From the sequence record ON528728: 64,000 bases of DNA. The stretch is one strand, 5' to 3'. Shown piece by piece: positions 33,901-44,134 of the stretch. The stretch's first letter is position 1; each line of letters starts with the position of its first letter. The notes under the pieces are model-generated. The model had not been told where the DNA came from and did not search any database. It was given only the letters and a program-made list of their open reading frames with translations. A program made the translations under genes and the position numbers. The stretch is from Shigella phage ESh18.

Positions 33901-34775
33901 CTCAACGTAATAAAGCTGGTAATATTACGTTTAGCATTAATGGTACTGTGATGCCAATAAATGTTAACGCTTCCGGTTCATTGAATGCGAATGGCGTAGC
34001 AACATTTGGTAGTTCAGTTACAGCCAATGGTGAATTCATTAGCAAGTCTGCAAATGCTTTCAGAGCAATAAACGGTGATTATGGATTCTTTATCAGGAAT
34101 GATGGCGGCAGCACATATTTTATGCTTACTGCATCGGGTGATCAGACTGGCGGATTTAATGGATTACGTCCTTTAGCTATTAATAATGCATCTGGTCAAG
34201 TAACTATTGGTGAAAGCTTAATCATTGCCAAAGGTGCTACTATAAATTCAGGTGGTTTAACTGTTAACTCGAGAATTCGTTCTCAGGGCACTAAAACTTC
34301 TGACTTATATACCCGTGCGCCAACATCTGATACTGTAGGATTCTGGTCAATCGATATTAATGATTCAGCTACTTATAACCAATTCCCGGGTTATTTTAAA
34401 ATGGTTGAAAAAACTAATGAAGTGACTGGACTTCCATACTTAGAACGTGGCGAAGAAGTTAAATCTCCTGGTACATTGACTCAGTTTGGTAACACACTTG
34501 ATTCGCTTTACCAAGATTGGATTACTTATCCAACGACTCCAGAAGCACGTACCACTCGCTGGACACGTACATGGCAGAAAACCAAAAATTCTTGGTCGAG
34601 TTTTGTTCAGGTATTTGATGGAGGTAACCCTCCTCAACCATCTGATATCGGTGCTTTGCCATCTGATAATGCTACAATGGGGAATCTTACTATTCGTGAT
34701 TTCTTACGAATTGGTAATGTTCGCATTATTCCTGACCCAGTGAATAAATCTGTTAAATTTGAATGGATTGAATAA
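30906..34775 (+). CDS. 34: long tail fibre proximal subunit gp34
   Basis: 1289 aa, same as T4 gp34 as I recall; repeated fibre shaft motifs (ETRRGxAxIAT...TPKKL). Confidence 0.9.
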   Translation: MAEIKRKFRAEDGLDAGGDKIINVALADRTVGTDGVNVDYLIQENTVQQYDPTRGYLKDFVIIYDNRFWAAINDIPKPAGAFNSGRWRALRTDANWITVSSGSYQLKSGEAISVNTAAGNDITFTLPSTPIDGDTIVLQDIGGKPGVNQVLIVAPVQSIVNFRGEQVRSVLMTHPKSQLVLIFSNRLWQMYVADYSREAVVVTPANTYQAQSNDFIVRRFTSAAPINIKLPRFANHGDIINFVDLDKLNPLYHTIVTTYDETTSVQEDGTHSIEGRTSIDGFLMFDDNEKLWRLFDGDSKARLRIITTNSNIRPNEEVMVFGANNGTTQTIELQLPTNISVGDTVKISMNYMRKGQTVKIKAAGEDKIASSVQLLQFPKRSEYPPEAEWVTVQELVFNGETNYVPVLQLAYIEDSDGKYWVVQQNVPTVERVDSLNDSTRARLGVIALATQAQANVDLENSPQKELAITPETLANRTATETRRGIARIATTAQVNQNTTFSFADDLIITPKKLNERTATETRRGVAEIATQQETNTGTDDTTIITPKKLQARQGSESLSGIVTFVSTAGATPASSRELNGTNVYNKNTNNLVVSPKALDQYKATPTQQGAVILAVESEVIAGQSQEGWANAVVTPETLHKKTSTDGRIGLIEIATQSEVNTGTDYTRAVTPKTLNDRKATESLSGIAEIATQVEFDAGVDDTRISTPLKIKTRFNSTDRTSVVALSGLVESGTLWDHYTLNILEANETQRGTLRVATQVEAAAGTLDNVLITPKKLLGTKSTESQEGVIKVATQAETVAGTSANTAVSPKNLKWIVQSEPTWAATTAIRGFVKTSSGSITFVGNDTVGSTQDLELYEKNSYAVSPYELNRVLANYLPLKAKAADTNLLDGLDSSQFIRRDIAQTVNGSLTLTQQTNLSAPLVSSSTATFGGSVSANSTLTISNTGTVTRLIFEKGPQTGTNPAQTMTIRVWGNQFGGGSDTTRSTVFEVGDETSNHFYSQRNKAGNITFSINGTVMPINVNASGSLNANGVATFGSSVTANGEFISKSANAFRAINGDYGFFIRNDGGSTYFMLTASGDQTGGFNGLRPLAINNASGQVTIGESLIIAKGATINSGGLTVNSRIRSQGTKTSDLYTRAPTSDTVGFWSIDINDSATYNQFPGYFKMVEKTNEVTGLPYLERGEEVKSPGTLTQFGNTLDSLYQDWITYPTTPEARTTRWTRTWQKTKNSWSSFVQVFDGGNPPQPSDIGALPSDNATMGNLTIRDFLRIGNVRIIPDPVNKSVKFEWIE

Positions 34776-34783
34776 GAGGTATT

Positions 34784-35899
34784 ATGGAAAAATTTATGGC
34801 AGAGTTTGGACAAGGATATGTCCAAACGCCATTTTTATCGGAAAGTAATTCAGTAAGATATAAAATAAGTATAGCGGGTTCTTGCCCGCTTTCTACTGCA
34901 GGACCATACGTTAAATTTCAAGATAATCCTGTTGGAAGTCAAACATTTAGCGCAGGTCTTCATCTAAGAGTTTTTGACCCTTCCACCGGAGCATTAGTTG
35001 ATAGTAAGTCATATGCTTTTTCGACTTCAAATGATACAACATCTGCTGCTTTTGTTAGTTTCATGAATTCTTTGACAAATAATAGAATTGTTGCTATATT
35101 AACTAGTGGAAAGGTTAATTTTCCTCCTGAAGTAGTATCTTGGTTAAGAACCGCAGGAACGTCTGCTTTTCCATCTGACTCTATATTGTCAAGATTCGAC
35201 GTATCATATGCTGCTTTTTATACTTCTTCTAAAAGAGCTATCGCATTAGAGCATGTTAAATTAAGTAATAGAAAAAGCACAGATGATTATCAAACTATTT
35301 TAGATGTTGTATTTGACAGTTTAGAAGATGTCGGAGCTACCGGGTTTCCAAGAAGAACGTATGAAAGCGTTGAGCAATTCATGTCAGCGGTTGGTGGAAC
35401 TAATAACGAAATTGCGCGTTTACCGACTTCATCCGCGATAAGTAAACTATCTGACTACAATTTAATTCCTGGTGATGTTCTTTATCTTAAAGCACAGCTA
35501 TACGCCGATGCTGATTTACTTGCTCTTGGAACTACAAATATATCTATCCGTTTTTATAATGCATCAAATGGATATATTTCCTCGACACAAGCTGAATTTA
35601 CTGGGCAAGCTGGGTCATGGGAATTAAAGGAAGATTATGTAGTTGTTCCAGAAAACGCAGTAGGATTTACGATATACGCACAGAGAACTGCACAAGCAGG
35701 TCAAGGTGGCATGAGAAATTTAAGCTTTTCTGAAGTGTCAAGAAATGGTGGTATTTCGAAACCCGCTGAATTTGGCGTCAATGGCATTCGTGTTAATTAT
35801 ATCTGTGAATCTGCTTCACCTCCGGATATAATGGTACTTCCTACGCAAGCATCGTCTAAAACTGGTAAAGTGTTTGGACAAGAATTTAGAGAAGTATAA
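34784..35899 (+). CDS. 35: long tail fibre hinge protein gp35
   Basis: 371 aa (T4 gp35 372 aa as I recall). Confidence 0.8.
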   Translation: MEKFMAEFGQGYVQTPFLSESNSVRYKISIAGSCPLSTAGPYVKFQDNPVGSQTFSAGLHLRVFDPSTGALVDSKSYAFSTSNDTTSAAFVSFMNSLTNNRIVAILTSGKVNFPPEVVSWLRTAGTSAFPSDSILSRFDVSYAAFYTSSKRAIALEHVKLSNRKSTDDYQTILDVVFDSLEDVGATGFPRRTYESVEQFMSAVGGTNNEIARLPTSSAISKLSDYNLIPGDVLYLKAQLYADADLLALGTTNISIRFYNASNGYISSTQAEFTGQAGSWELKEDYVVVPENAVGFTIYAQRTAQAGQGGMRNLSFSEVSRNGGISKPAEFGVNGIRVNYICESASPPDIMVLPTQASSKTGKVFGQEFREV

Positions 35900-35903
35900 A
35901 TTG

Positions 35904-35930
35904 AGGGAGCCTTCGGGTTCCCTTTTTCTT
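35904..35930 (+). terminator. intrinsic terminator GGGAGCC-ttcg-GGTTCCC plus T-run after gene 35
   Basis: Seen directly; followed by TTTTTCTTT. Confidence 0.6.
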
Positions 35931-35938
35931 TATAAATA
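35931..35938 (+). promoter_or_regulatory. late promoter TATAAATA for genes 36-37
   Basis: Exact motif about 24 nt upstream of gene 36 ATG. Confidence 0.6.
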
Positions 35939-35961
35939 CTATTAAAATAAAGGGGCATACA

Positions 35962-36627
35962 ATGGCTGATTTAAAAGTAGGTTCAACAACTGGAGGCTCT
36001 GTCATTTGGCATCAAGGAAATTTTCCATTGAATCCAGCCGGTGACGATGTACTCTATAAATCATTTAAAATATATTCAGAATATAACAAACCACAGGCTG
36101 CTGATAACGATTTCGTTTCTAAAGCTAATGGTGGTACTTATGCATCAAAGGTAACATTTAACGGTGGAGTTCAAGTTCCGTATGCTGTAAACAACACAAA
36201 CCCATGCGGTGTTTATCCAGGTAACGGTGATAATGCTACTTTTGCTGTAGCAAATATCGATATTGTTTCGTGGAATGGTATTGGTTTTAAATCATCACAA
36301 GGTTCAGCAGCTCGAACTGTTGTAATTAATGCACGTAATGGTGATATTAGTACAAAAGGCGTTGTGTCGGCAGCAGGTCAAGTAAGAAGTGATGCGGCTG
36401 CTCCTATAGCAGCGAATGACCTTACTAGAAAGGACTATGTTGATGGAGCAATAAATACTGTTACGGCAAATGCAAACTCTAGGGTGCTACGGTCTGGTGA
36501 CACCATGATAGGTAATTTAACAGCGCCAAACTTTTTCTCGCAGAATCCTGCATCTCAACCTTCACACGTTCCACGATTTGACCAAATCGTAATTAAGGAT
36601 TCTGTTCAAGATTTCGGCTATTATTAA
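35962..36627 (+). CDS. 36: long tail fibre distal connector gp36
   Basis: 221 aa, same as T4 gp36 as I recall. Confidence 0.8.
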   Translation: MADLKVGSTTGGSVIWHQGNFPLNPAGDDVLYKSFKIYSEYNKPQAADNDFVSKANGGTYASKVTFNGGVQVPYAVNNTNPCGVYPGNGDNATFAVANIDIVSWNGIGFKSSQGSAARTVVINARNGDISTKGVVSAAGQVRSDAAAPIAANDLTRKDYVDGAINTVTANANSRVLRSGDTMIGNLTAPNFFSQNPASQPSHVPRFDQIVIKDSVQDFGYY

Positions 36628-36635
36628 GAGGACTT

Positions 36636-39600
36636 ATGGCTACTTTAAAACAAATACAATTTAAAAGAAGCAAAACCGCAGGTGCACGTCCTGCTGCTTC
36701 AGTATTAGCCGAAGGTGAATTGGCTATAAACTTAAAAGATAGAACAATTTTTACTAAAGATGATTCAGGAAATATCATCGATTTAAGCATTTCTGCTGGT
36801 GGTAATATCAGTGGTAATATTACTCAAACTGGTGATTATACACAGACTGGAAAATTTAATTTAATTGGTCCGCAAATTGTAGAAAGCGGTGGATATATTG
36901 AGTTTAATTATCGTACTACTGGAAGTGGGGCTTGGTCCGGTCAACATACTGCGAAAGCTCCAATTTTTGTAGATTTAAGCTCAGCTACTTCCACATCTGA
37001 ATATAATCCTATAATTAAACAGCGCTTTAAAGATGGAACTTTTTCATTAGGTACTTTAGTTTCTGAAGGTTCGTTGAAGATTCATTATATCAATGAATCT
37101 GGCGATTCGAAATATTGGACGTTTCGACGTGACGGCGGATTTACTGTTGACGGTGGAGGTTTAGGAGTATCAGGAGGTAGTATAACTACATCTGGAAATA
37201 TTGCAGCTCTCGGAAATATTACTTCGCCTCAGATTAATACTAAAAATATTATTTTAGATACAAAAGCATTTGGACAATACGATTCGCAGTCATTAGTTCA
37301 ATATGTTTATCCTGGAACCGGTGAAGAAAACGGTATAAACTATCTTCGTAAAGTTCGAGCTAAATCAGGCGGAACTATTTACCATGAAATCGCTTCAGCT
37401 CAAACCGGTAAAAATGATGAAATTTCTTGGTGGACCGGAAATACACTTACTACTAAATTAATGGGTCTTCGTAATGATGGCGCAATGGTATTACGTCGTT
37501 CACTTGCTATTGGCACAATTACCACTGACGAAAATACTAACAACTATGGTTCTCCTACTCCAATGGGAGAAAGATATATTGCTTTGGGCGATGCTGCCAC
37601 TGGTTTAAAATACATTAAGCAGGGCGTTTATGATTTAGTAGGTAATTGGAATTCTGTTGCGTCTATTACTCCTGATAGTTTCCGTAGTACTCGTAAAGCG
37701 ATATTTGGACGTTCAGAAGACCAAGGCGGAACCTGGACAATGCCTGGAACGAACGCTGCCTTTTTATCAGTTCAAACACAGGCTGATGAAAACACTGCTG
37801 GAGACGGCCAGACGCATATTGGCTATAACTCAGGCGGAAAAATGAACCACTATTTCCGTGGTAAAGGCAAAACTAATATTAATACTCAGGAAGGTATGGA
37901 AGTTAATCCGGGTATTTTGAAATTGGTAACTGGCTCTAATAATGTAATGTTTTATGCTGATGGCGGTATTACATCTGTTAAGCAGCTTTCAATATATAAT
38001 GGCATATATTTAGCAGCTAATAATTCTACTGCTGGGCTAACATTCGCTCCAACTACTACAATTGATGGTACTAAGCAAATTTTGTGGGAAGGCGGTACTC
38101 GTGCTGGGCAGAATAAAAGCTATGTAACTGTTAAAGCGTGGGGTAATTCATTTAACGCATCTGGCGATCGTTCCCGTGAAACAGTTTTTGAGGTAGGTGA
38201 TGGGCAAGGTTACCATTTTTATTCTCAACGTGTAGCTCCTGCGCCTGGTTCGACTGTCGGGCCTATTCAACTCCGAGTTAATGGTGGTTTATTAACTTCA
38301 GGTAGTATTGTTGCTTCTGGTTCTATTACAACCGAATCTTCTTTGAGTGTTAATAATGGCATGTCAGTAAACGGACAAGCTAAATTCGGTGGAACTGCTG
38401 ATGCATTAAGAATTTGGAATGCCGAATACGGTGCTATTTTCCGTCGCTCAGAAACAGCATTACATATTATCCCGACTCCTAAAGATGCCGGTGAAAGTGG
38501 TGGAATAAGTAATCTCCGCCCACTTAGTATTAGTCTTAATAATGGTATGGTACAAATGCGCCATTCTGTTACGTTAGGCGATGATGGCGCTGGCGGTAAT
38601 ATGATTACTGTGGACAACGATACCAAACTTGTTGTTGTTACTAGTAATAGTCGCATTTCTCCTAATTACCGTATGCAGGTAGGACAAGCAGCTTATATTG
38701 ATGCTGAATGTACTGACACAGTTCGCCCGGCTGGTGCAGGGTCTTTTGCTTCACAAAATAATGAAAACGTTCGTGCTCCATTCTATATGAATATTAATCG
38801 CACAGATACAAGTACTTACGTTCCTATTTTGAAACAGCGATATGTCCAAGGAAACAGTTGTTATTCTCTGGGAACTCTAATTAACGGCGGTAACTTCAGA
38901 GTTCATTATCATGAAGGCGGCGATGGCGGTTCGACTGGCGCTATTATAAAGGATTTAGGTTGGGAATTTACCAAAAATGGTGATTTTATATCTCCTAAGC
39001 GTGTTTCTGCTGGGGGTTCAGTTTATTTAGGTACAGACGGCAATATTACAGGTGGTTCTGGCAATTTTGCTAATTTAAACAGTACAATTGAATCACTTAA
39101 AACCGATATTGTATCGAGTTACCCAATCGGTGCTCCTATTCCATGGCCAACGGATACTCCTCCTGACGGTTACGCTATTATGGAAGGCCAGACTTTTGAT
39201 AAGTCTGCATACCCAAAATTGGCTATGGCTTACCCATCTGGCGTAATTCCAGATATGCGCGGGCAAACTATTAAAGGTAAACCAAGTGGTCGAGCTGTAT
39301 TAAGCGCAGAAGCCGATGGTGTTAAGGCTCATAGCCATAGTGCATCGGCTTCAAGTACTGACTTGGGTACTAAAACTACGTCGAGTTTTGATTATGGTAC
39401 TAAGACGACAAGTAGCTTTGACTATGGCACTAAGACTAGCAATACCACAGGTAACCACTCTCATACTGTAAGCGGTACTACGAGTTCTGCTGGTGCACAC
39501 CAACATGCGCGCTCAGGTCCTCAGTTACAAGCCGGCATACCCAATAACATATTCTATGACGGATATAATAGTGTAGGTGCAAACGCCAACGCTAAAATCA

Positions 39601-39875
39601 CCGGATCTGTGAGCGGTGCTACTGCAGGGTCGAATATAGCCAAAACTTCTTCAGACGGTGCTCATACCCATACTTGGTCTGGTACTACAAGCACTACAGG
39701 TAACCATGCTCACACAGTAGGTATTGGTGCTCATACCCATACTGTAGGTATCGGTGCTCATACCCACACGGTAGCAATTGGCTCGCATGGTCATACTATC
39801 ACTGTAAATAGTACAGGTAATACAGAAAACACGGTTAAAAACATCGCTTTTAACTATATCGTTCGTTTAGCATAA
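36636..39875 (+). CDS. 37: long tail fibre distal subunit / receptor-recognising tip gp37
   Basis: 1079 aa; C-terminal His-box repeats (GAHTHT, GNHAHT, GSHGHT) and ...[11 protein letters not shown] end typical of T4-type gp37. Confidence 0.85.
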   Translation: MATLKQIQFKRSKTAGARPAASVLAEGELAINLKDRTIFTKDDSGNIIDLSISAGGNISGNITQTGDYTQTGKFNLIGPQIVESGGYIEFNYRTTGSGAWSGQHTAKAPIFVDLSSATSTSEYNPIIKQRFKDGTFSLGTLVSEGSLKIHYINESGDSKYWTFRRDGGFTVDGGGLGVSGGSITTSGNIAALGNITSPQINTKNIILDTKAFGQYDSQSLVQYVYPGTGEENGINYLRKVRAKSGGTIYHEIASAQTGKNDEISWWTGNTLTTKLMGLRNDGAMVLRRSLAIGTITTDENTNNYGSPTPMGERYIALGDAATGLKYIKQGVYDLVGNWNSVASITPDSFRSTRKAIFGRSEDQGGTWTMPGTNAAFLSVQTQADENTAGDGQTHIGYNSGGKMNHYFRGKGKTNINTQEGMEVNPGILKLVTGSNNVMFYADGGITSVKQLSIYNGIYLAANNSTAGLTFAPTTTIDGTKQILWEGGTRAGQNKSYVTVKAWGNSFNASGDRSRETVFEVGDGQGYHFYSQRVAPAPGSTVGPIQLRVNGGLLTSGSIVASGSITTESSLSVNNGMSVNGQAKFGGTADALRIWNAEYGAIFRRSETALHIIPTPKDAGESGGISNLRPLSISLNNGMVQMRHSVTLGDDGAGGNMITVDNDTKLVVVTSNSRISPNYRMQVGQAAYIDAECTDTVRPAGAGSFASQNNENVRAPFYMNINRTDTSTYVPILKQRYVQGNSCYSLGTLINGGNFRVHYHEGGDGGSTGAIIKDLGWEFTKNGDFISPKRVSAGGSVYLGTDGNITGGSGNFANLNSTIESLKTDIVSSYPIGAPIPWPTDTPPDGYAIMEGQTFDKSAYPKLAMAYPSGVIPDMRGQTIKGKPSGRAVLSAEADGVKAHSHSASASSTDLGTKTTSSFDYGTKTTSSFDYGTKTSNTTGNHSHTVSGTTSSAGAHQHARSGPQLQAGIPNNIFYDGYNSVGANANAKITGSVSGATAGSNIAKTSSDGAHTHTWSGTTSTTGNHAHTVGIGAHTHTVGIGAHTHTVAIGSHGHTITVNSTGNTENTVKNIAFNYIVRLA

Positions 39876-39880
39876 GGAGA

Positions 39881-39894
39881 GGGGCTTCGGCCCC
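39881..39894 (+). terminator. GC hairpin GGGGC-ttcg-GCCCC after gene 37 (attenuator/RNA-stability element overlapping gene 38 RBS)
   Basis: Seen directly; only a weak T-run, so termination efficiency uncertain. Confidence 0.35.
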
Positions 39895-39902
39895 TTCTGA
39901 AT

Positions 39903-40454
39903 ATGAAAATATATCATTATTATTTTGACACTAAAGAATTTTACAAAGAAGAAAATTACAAACCGGTTAAAGGACTCGGTCTTCCTGCTCATTCAACAAT
40001 TAAAAAACCTTTAGAACCTAAAGAAGGATACGCAGTTGTATTTGATGAACGTACTCAAGATTGGATTTATGAAGAAGACCATCGCGGCAAACGAGCATGG
40101 ACTTTTAATAAAGAAGAAATTTTTATAAGTGACATTGGAAGCCCGGTTGGTATAACCTTTGATGAGCCCGGCGAATTTGATATATGGACTGATGACGGTT
40201 GGAAAGAAGACGAAACATATAAACGCGTTTTAATTCGCAATAGAAAAATTGAAGAATTATACAAAGAATTCCAAGTTTTAAATAATATGATTGAAGCTTC
40301 TGTCGCGAATAAAAAGGAAAAATTCTATTATAAAAACCTTAAGCGGTTCTTTGCTCTTTTAGAAAAGCATGAGCATTTAGGTGGTGAATTCCCTTCATGG
40401 CCTGAAAAAGAACGGAAACCTTGGTATAAGCGTTTATTCAAGCATTACGTATAA
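39903..40454 (+). CDS. 38: tail fibre assembly chaperone gp38 (T4-type)
   Basis: 183 aa, same as T4 gp38 as I recall; directly downstream of gene 37. Confidence 0.8.
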   Translation: MKIYHYYFDTKEFYKEENYKPVKGLGLPAHSTIKKPLEPKEGYAVVFDERTQDWIYEEDHRGKRAWTFNKEEIFISDIGSPVGITFDEPGEFDIWTDDGWKEDETYKRVLIRNRKIEELYKEFQVLNNMIEASVANKKEKFYYKNLKRFFALLEKHEHLGGEFPSWPEKERKPWYKRLFKHYV

Positions 40455-40457
40455 ATA
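40450..40457 (+). promoter_or_regulatory. late promoter TATAAATA for holin t
   Basis: Exact motif about 18 nt upstream of t start. Confidence 0.55.
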
Positions 40458-40474
40458 TCTTAAAAGGAGGGTCT

Positions 40475-41131
40475 ATGGCAGCACCTAGAATATCATTTTC
40501 GCCCTCTGATATTCTGTTTGGTGTTCTAGATCGCTTGTTCAAAGATAACGCTACCGGGAAAGTTCTTGCTTCCCGGGTAGCTGTCGTAATTCTTTTATTT
40601 ATGATGGCGATTGTTTGGTATAGGGGAGATAGTTTCTTTGAGTACTATAAGCAATCAAAGTATGAAACATACAGTGAAATTATTGAAAAGGAAAGAAATG
40701 CACGCTTTGAATCTGTCGCCCTGGAACAACTCCAGATAGTTCATATATCATCTGAGGCAGACTTTAGTGCGGTGTATTCTTTCCGCCCTAAAAACTTAAA
40801 CTATTTTGTTGATATTATAGCATACGAAGGAAGATTACCTTCAACAATAACTGAAAAATCACTTGGAGGATATCCTGTTGATAAAACTATGGATGAATAT
40901 ATAGTTCATTTAAATGGACGTCATTATTATTCTGACTCAAAATTTGCTTTTTTACCAACTAAAAAGCCTACTCCCGAAATAAACTACATGTACAGTTGTC
41001 CATATTTTAATTTGGATAATATCTATGCTGGAACGATAACCATGTACTGGTATAGAAATGATCATATAAGTAATGACCGCCTTGAATCAATATGCGCTCA
41101 GGCGGCCAGAATATTAGGAAGGGCTAAATAA
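40475..41131 (+). CDS. t: holin T
   Basis: 218 aa; single N-proximal TM segment (VAVVILLFMMAIVWY) and large C-terminal domain, as for T4 holin. Confidence 0.85.
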   Translation: MAAPRISFSPSDILFGVLDRLFKDNATGKVLASRVAVVILLFMMAIVWYRGDSFFEYYKQSKYETYSEIIEKERNARFESVALEQLQIVHISSEADFSAVYSFRPKNLNYFVDIIAYEGRLPSTITEKSLGGYPVDKTMDEYIVHLNGRHYYSDSKFAFLPTKKPTPEINYMYSCPYFNLDNIYAGTITMYWYRNDHISNDRLESICAQAARILGRAK

Positions 41132-41404
41132 TTATTTGTTCGTATACATCTCTAGATATCGATATACACCCTCAAAACCCTCGTTGAATTCGTCGATGAG
41201 GGTTTTCTTATCTTCTTGAGTTAATTCAGAAACAATTTTACGGAATGAATTCTGATTTAATTTTCTACCTTCATGCGTTACTCCAATCTCATTCAGAAAT
41301 GCAATAAAATTAGCACGATTCTCAACAATATCTTCTCTGGAAAATTTAATCAAAATAGACGCAACGGTAATAATTTCACGAACTGTATCAATGTTTTTAT
41401 TCAT
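41132..41404 (-). CDS. asiA: anti-sigma70 factor AsiA
   Basis: 90 aa, same as T4 AsiA as I recall; convergent with t. Confidence 0.8.
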   Translation of the reverse strand: MNKNIDTVREIITVASILIKFSREDIVENRANFIAFLNEIGVTHEGRKLNQNSFRKIVSELTQEDKKTLIDEFNEGFEGVYRYLEMYTNK

Positions 41405-41565
41405 TAACTATACCACTCAATTAGTTGACTTTGTTATAATATCATCAGACGCTTGATTTGTAAACTGGTCTGTGTTATTTTCTTCAAAAATTTTTTCTAC
41501 GAATTCCTTGAACGACTTACGTTCCTGAGCTACATTATGCTCGATTACTTTTTCAAGATTATGAC

Positions 41566-41844
41566 TCATTCGAAATAATCTTCAATTTCATAATCATGGA
41601 CGTAAATCATTATAGTTTTTAATACATCATCAATACTTTTTCCTGGAGCTGGAATTACGTAGAAATATCCTGCTTTTGAGAGGTCTTTATAAGTTCCAAT
41701 CAAGAAATCATTATTCTCAAGATGTAGTTCTTCAACTAATTCATTAACAATTGAATGGTATAGGTTTGGTAGAAACTTATATAGCTTTTCTAGAATATCA
41801 ATTTTGATTGTGTATTGAACCACAGACTGAGAATCAATAATCAT
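41566..41844 (-). CDS. arn: anti-restriction nuclease Arn-like protein
   Basis: 92-aa acidic ORF at the arn position and size. Confidence 0.6.
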   Translation of the reverse strand: MIIDSQSVVQYTIKIDILEKLYKFLPNLYHSIVNELVEELHLENNDFLIGTYKDLSKAGYFYVIPAPGKSIDDVLKTIMIYVHDYEIEDYFE

Positions 41845-42128
41845 AGACCTTCCCCTTATGTTTCTGTTTGCGATTAGATTCTTTAAACGCTTTCTTCTTA
41901 TCCTTATGAACAGAAGCTTTATTAAAATTATGTTTTGCGACTAAATTGTTCATAGTGCTGAATTACCTCTCTCAAACATTTGCATGTGAATGAAAACTTT
42001 TAGCTACACCACATTCAAATATATGTTCTCTTAAATCACGTGTATCGGTATATCCCATCTCAACGATAAAATGCCGTATTAGATTTTTATCTTTATCATT
42101 GAGAGAATTAAAATAATCGGATTTTGAA

Positions 42129-42425
42129 TTAATTTCCCTGGCCAAATTGAATCACCTTCAGTTGACGTTTTAATTCTTTTATCATCTCTTCGTTCATCGC
42201 AATATAAAGATCGCGTAAAGCAGGTTTTAACATTCCATTTACTGGAGAACTAAATGGACATACATAATCTTTTCCTACGAGCTTTTTAGTGAATTCAATA
42301 TTACAGAACTGAAATGCCGGCTCATTGGTATAAATTCCCCAATTAGTTGACATCATTTTATTGGCATATTCCAGTGCCTGGATTTGATTCATAATTCCAT
42401 CAATTTGAAACTGTTTAATATTCAT
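42129..42425 (-). CDS. hypothetical protein
   Basis: 98-aa ORF. Confidence 0.5.
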   Translation of the reverse strand: MNIKQFQIDGIMNQIQALEYANKMMSTNWGIYTNEPAFQFCNIEFTKKLVGKDYVCPFSSPVNGMLKPALRDLYIAMNEEMIKELKRQLKVIQFGQGN

Positions 42426-42886
42426 TAGTAAAGGTCCTCAGAATAAAGTTCTTTTTCACTACCACCACGTTCAATACGTACTTGTCCAGCGTAAGTTGCA
42501 ATAATCATTGCTTCTTCACGTGTCCAATAATTACTATATTGGTCAATAAACCCTTGGTCATCATCACAAACTTGTTGAGTAACTAATTGAGGTTTAACTA
42601 CATCTAAAACTTCTGCCATATCTTTAGAATAATGACGAGCACCTGGAATAATAAGAGTTCGTCCATCTTTTAATTTAAAACGATTAGCTGCACAGACAAT
42701 TCGTCGTTGATACTTTTGGTTTTCATCCCAGTACGCAGTCTGCCAACAGATTTCAGGAACTTCTTTCAGAATATCTTCTTCTGTGCATTTATAACCATGC
42801 GCTTTAAATTTTTCAACAAGACTTTCTGGAGTCTCACGAGATAAAGGCACATTCAGCATTTTTAAACGATTAATAAATGGGTTCAT
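42425..42886 (-). CDS. hypothetical protein
   Basis: 153-aa ORF, coupled to neighbours. Confidence 0.5.
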   Translation of the reverse strand: MNPFINRLKMLNVPLSRETPESLVEKFKAHGYKCTEEDILKEVPEICWQTAYWDENQKYQRRIVCAANRFKLKDGRTLIIPGARHYSKDMAEVLDVVKPQLVTQQVCDDDQGFIDQYSNYWTREEAMIIATYAGQVRIERGGSEKELYSEDLY

Positions 42887-43212
42887 TTAAACCATCCTTT
42901 AATACGCTGCCACAAAGTTTTCTGTTGAGCTCTGTTAACACCAATTGAACGAATAACTGGTTGAGATTCCTGGAATTCTTTATAATCGGCAAGGTAAATT
43001 TCGTAAGCTGCATCCGTAAATGAACTTATCGCTGCCATAAAATTATTGCGAATACCTACTGGAGCATCTTTACTTTCACGAATAATCATGTATTTACCAG
43101 TCTTAATCTTTACGATAGTTCCAAGATAAGCTCCGTGGTACCAAATATCCCAACCCTCTTGAGTAGGTTCTGCGCAACGACGAAGTTCATTAACAATTTC
43201 TAACTTGTTCAT
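42883..43212 (-). CDS. hypothetical protein
   Basis: 109-aa ORF. Confidence 0.5.
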   Translation of the reverse strand: MNKLEIVNELRRCAEPTQEGWDIWYHGAYLGTIVKIKTGKYMIIRESKDAPVGIRNNFMAAISSFTDAAYEIYLADYKEFQESQPVIRSIGVNRAQQKTLWQRIKGWFK

Positions 43213-43222
43213 TATTTATTCC

Positions 43223-43858
43223 TCACAGTTCAGATGCTACAGTGATTACTGCTTCAATGTTTTCTACTGAGCGTTTAATGTCAAGATACACATTACCGTT
43301 TTTAGCGATTTTACATGACATTCCGATGTCAGTAAATTTCTGAATATGATGTTCCATCATTTTGTATCCAAAAATTCGCATATTTCCGTTGTTATTAATT
43401 TCAAAATTGCGAATTCCGTGAGCGCGTTTTTCTAAAATAGCAAGATAGTTACTGCGGTAAGTTTCAACCTTTTTAAGAACAAATCCATTTTCATCTAAAA
43501 GATTTAACATGAAGTCTTTATCTTCTTCCATATCGGAAGTAATCTCACGAGCTTTACGAGTCGCTCGTTTTTTCAGTAGTTCAGGAGCATTTTCCTGTGC
43601 ATATAAAGTTGCCGCATTTGAAATAATATCCTGAGCTTCACCAGTAATGATTAATCCATCACCAGATTTCTCCACCAGGCCTTTTTTAATCAATACCCCA
43701 ATATTACTATTAACTACTGCGTTACCTAAATCTGGATGCACCTCACGAACTTCTGCAGCTGTAATGAAATCTTTCTTAGCAATGGTAATTAAAATCGCAG
43801 CAGTTTTTTCATTCAGAACATCGTTAGAAGCTTTGATGATGTAAGTTACTTTAGACAT
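43223..43858 (-). CDS. motA: middle-transcription activator MotA
   Basis: 211 aa, same as T4 MotA as I recall; early-promoter cassette directly upstream. Confidence 0.8.
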   Translation of the reverse strand: MSKVTYIIKASNDVLNEKTAAILITIAKKDFITAAEVREVHPDLGNAVVNSNIGVLIKKGLVEKSGDGLIITGEAQDIISNAATLYAQENAPELLKKRATRKAREITSDMEEDKDFMLNLLDENGFVLKKVETYRSNYLAILEKRAHGIRNFEINNNGNMRIFGYKMMEHHIQKFTDIGMSCKIAKNGNVYLDIKRSVENIEAVITVASEL

Positions 43859-43880
43859 TTTCTAATCTCCGTAATTCTGT

Positions 43881-43950
43881 ATCAGTAGTTGATAGTTGTA
43901 TAGTACCACAGTATGCTTTGGTTGTAAACCGTTTTGTGAAAAATTTTTAA
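43881..43950 (-). promoter_or_regulatory. early-promoter cassette (GTTTACA, TGgTACTAT), PeSL-like
   Basis: Near-identical to modules at 27511, 47025, 47530. Confidence 0.5.
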
Positions 43951-43959
43951 AATAAAAAA

Positions 43960-43980
43960 GGGAGAGCCTCGGCTCTCCCT
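43960..43980 (-). terminator. intrinsic terminator GGGAGAGCC-tc-GGCTCTCCC plus T-run
   Basis: 9-bp stem read directly; TTTTTTATTT follows on minus strand. Confidence 0.65.
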
Positions 43981-43984
43981 AAAA

Positions 43985-44134
43985 TTACTGCATGACTGTG
44001 ATAACTGTCATGATAACACGTTGAATTCCGAACGCAAGAAGACCTCCTGCTACGGCTGGGACAACGCCTAAACCCGCCAGTAAAATGCTACCAGATACTA
44101 ATGCAGCGCTTGTGATACCAATGAATGGACTCAT
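43985..44134 (-). CDS. small hydrophobic membrane peptide (49 aa), below ORF-track cutoff
   Basis: ATGA start/stop overlap with gene 52; translation MSPFIGITSAALVSGSILLAGLGVVPAVAGGLLAFG... Confidence 0.45.
   Translation of the reverse strand: MSPFIGITSAALVSGSILLAGLGVVPAVAGGLLAFGIQRVIMTVITVMQ

Noticed and set aside
39340-39800. Short tandem repeats at the gene 37 3' end considered as a possible CRISPR-like array or VNTR
   Set aside because: Repeats are in-frame coding units (His-box and [10 protein letters not shown] motifs) with diverged nucleotide sequence and no spacer/repeat architecture
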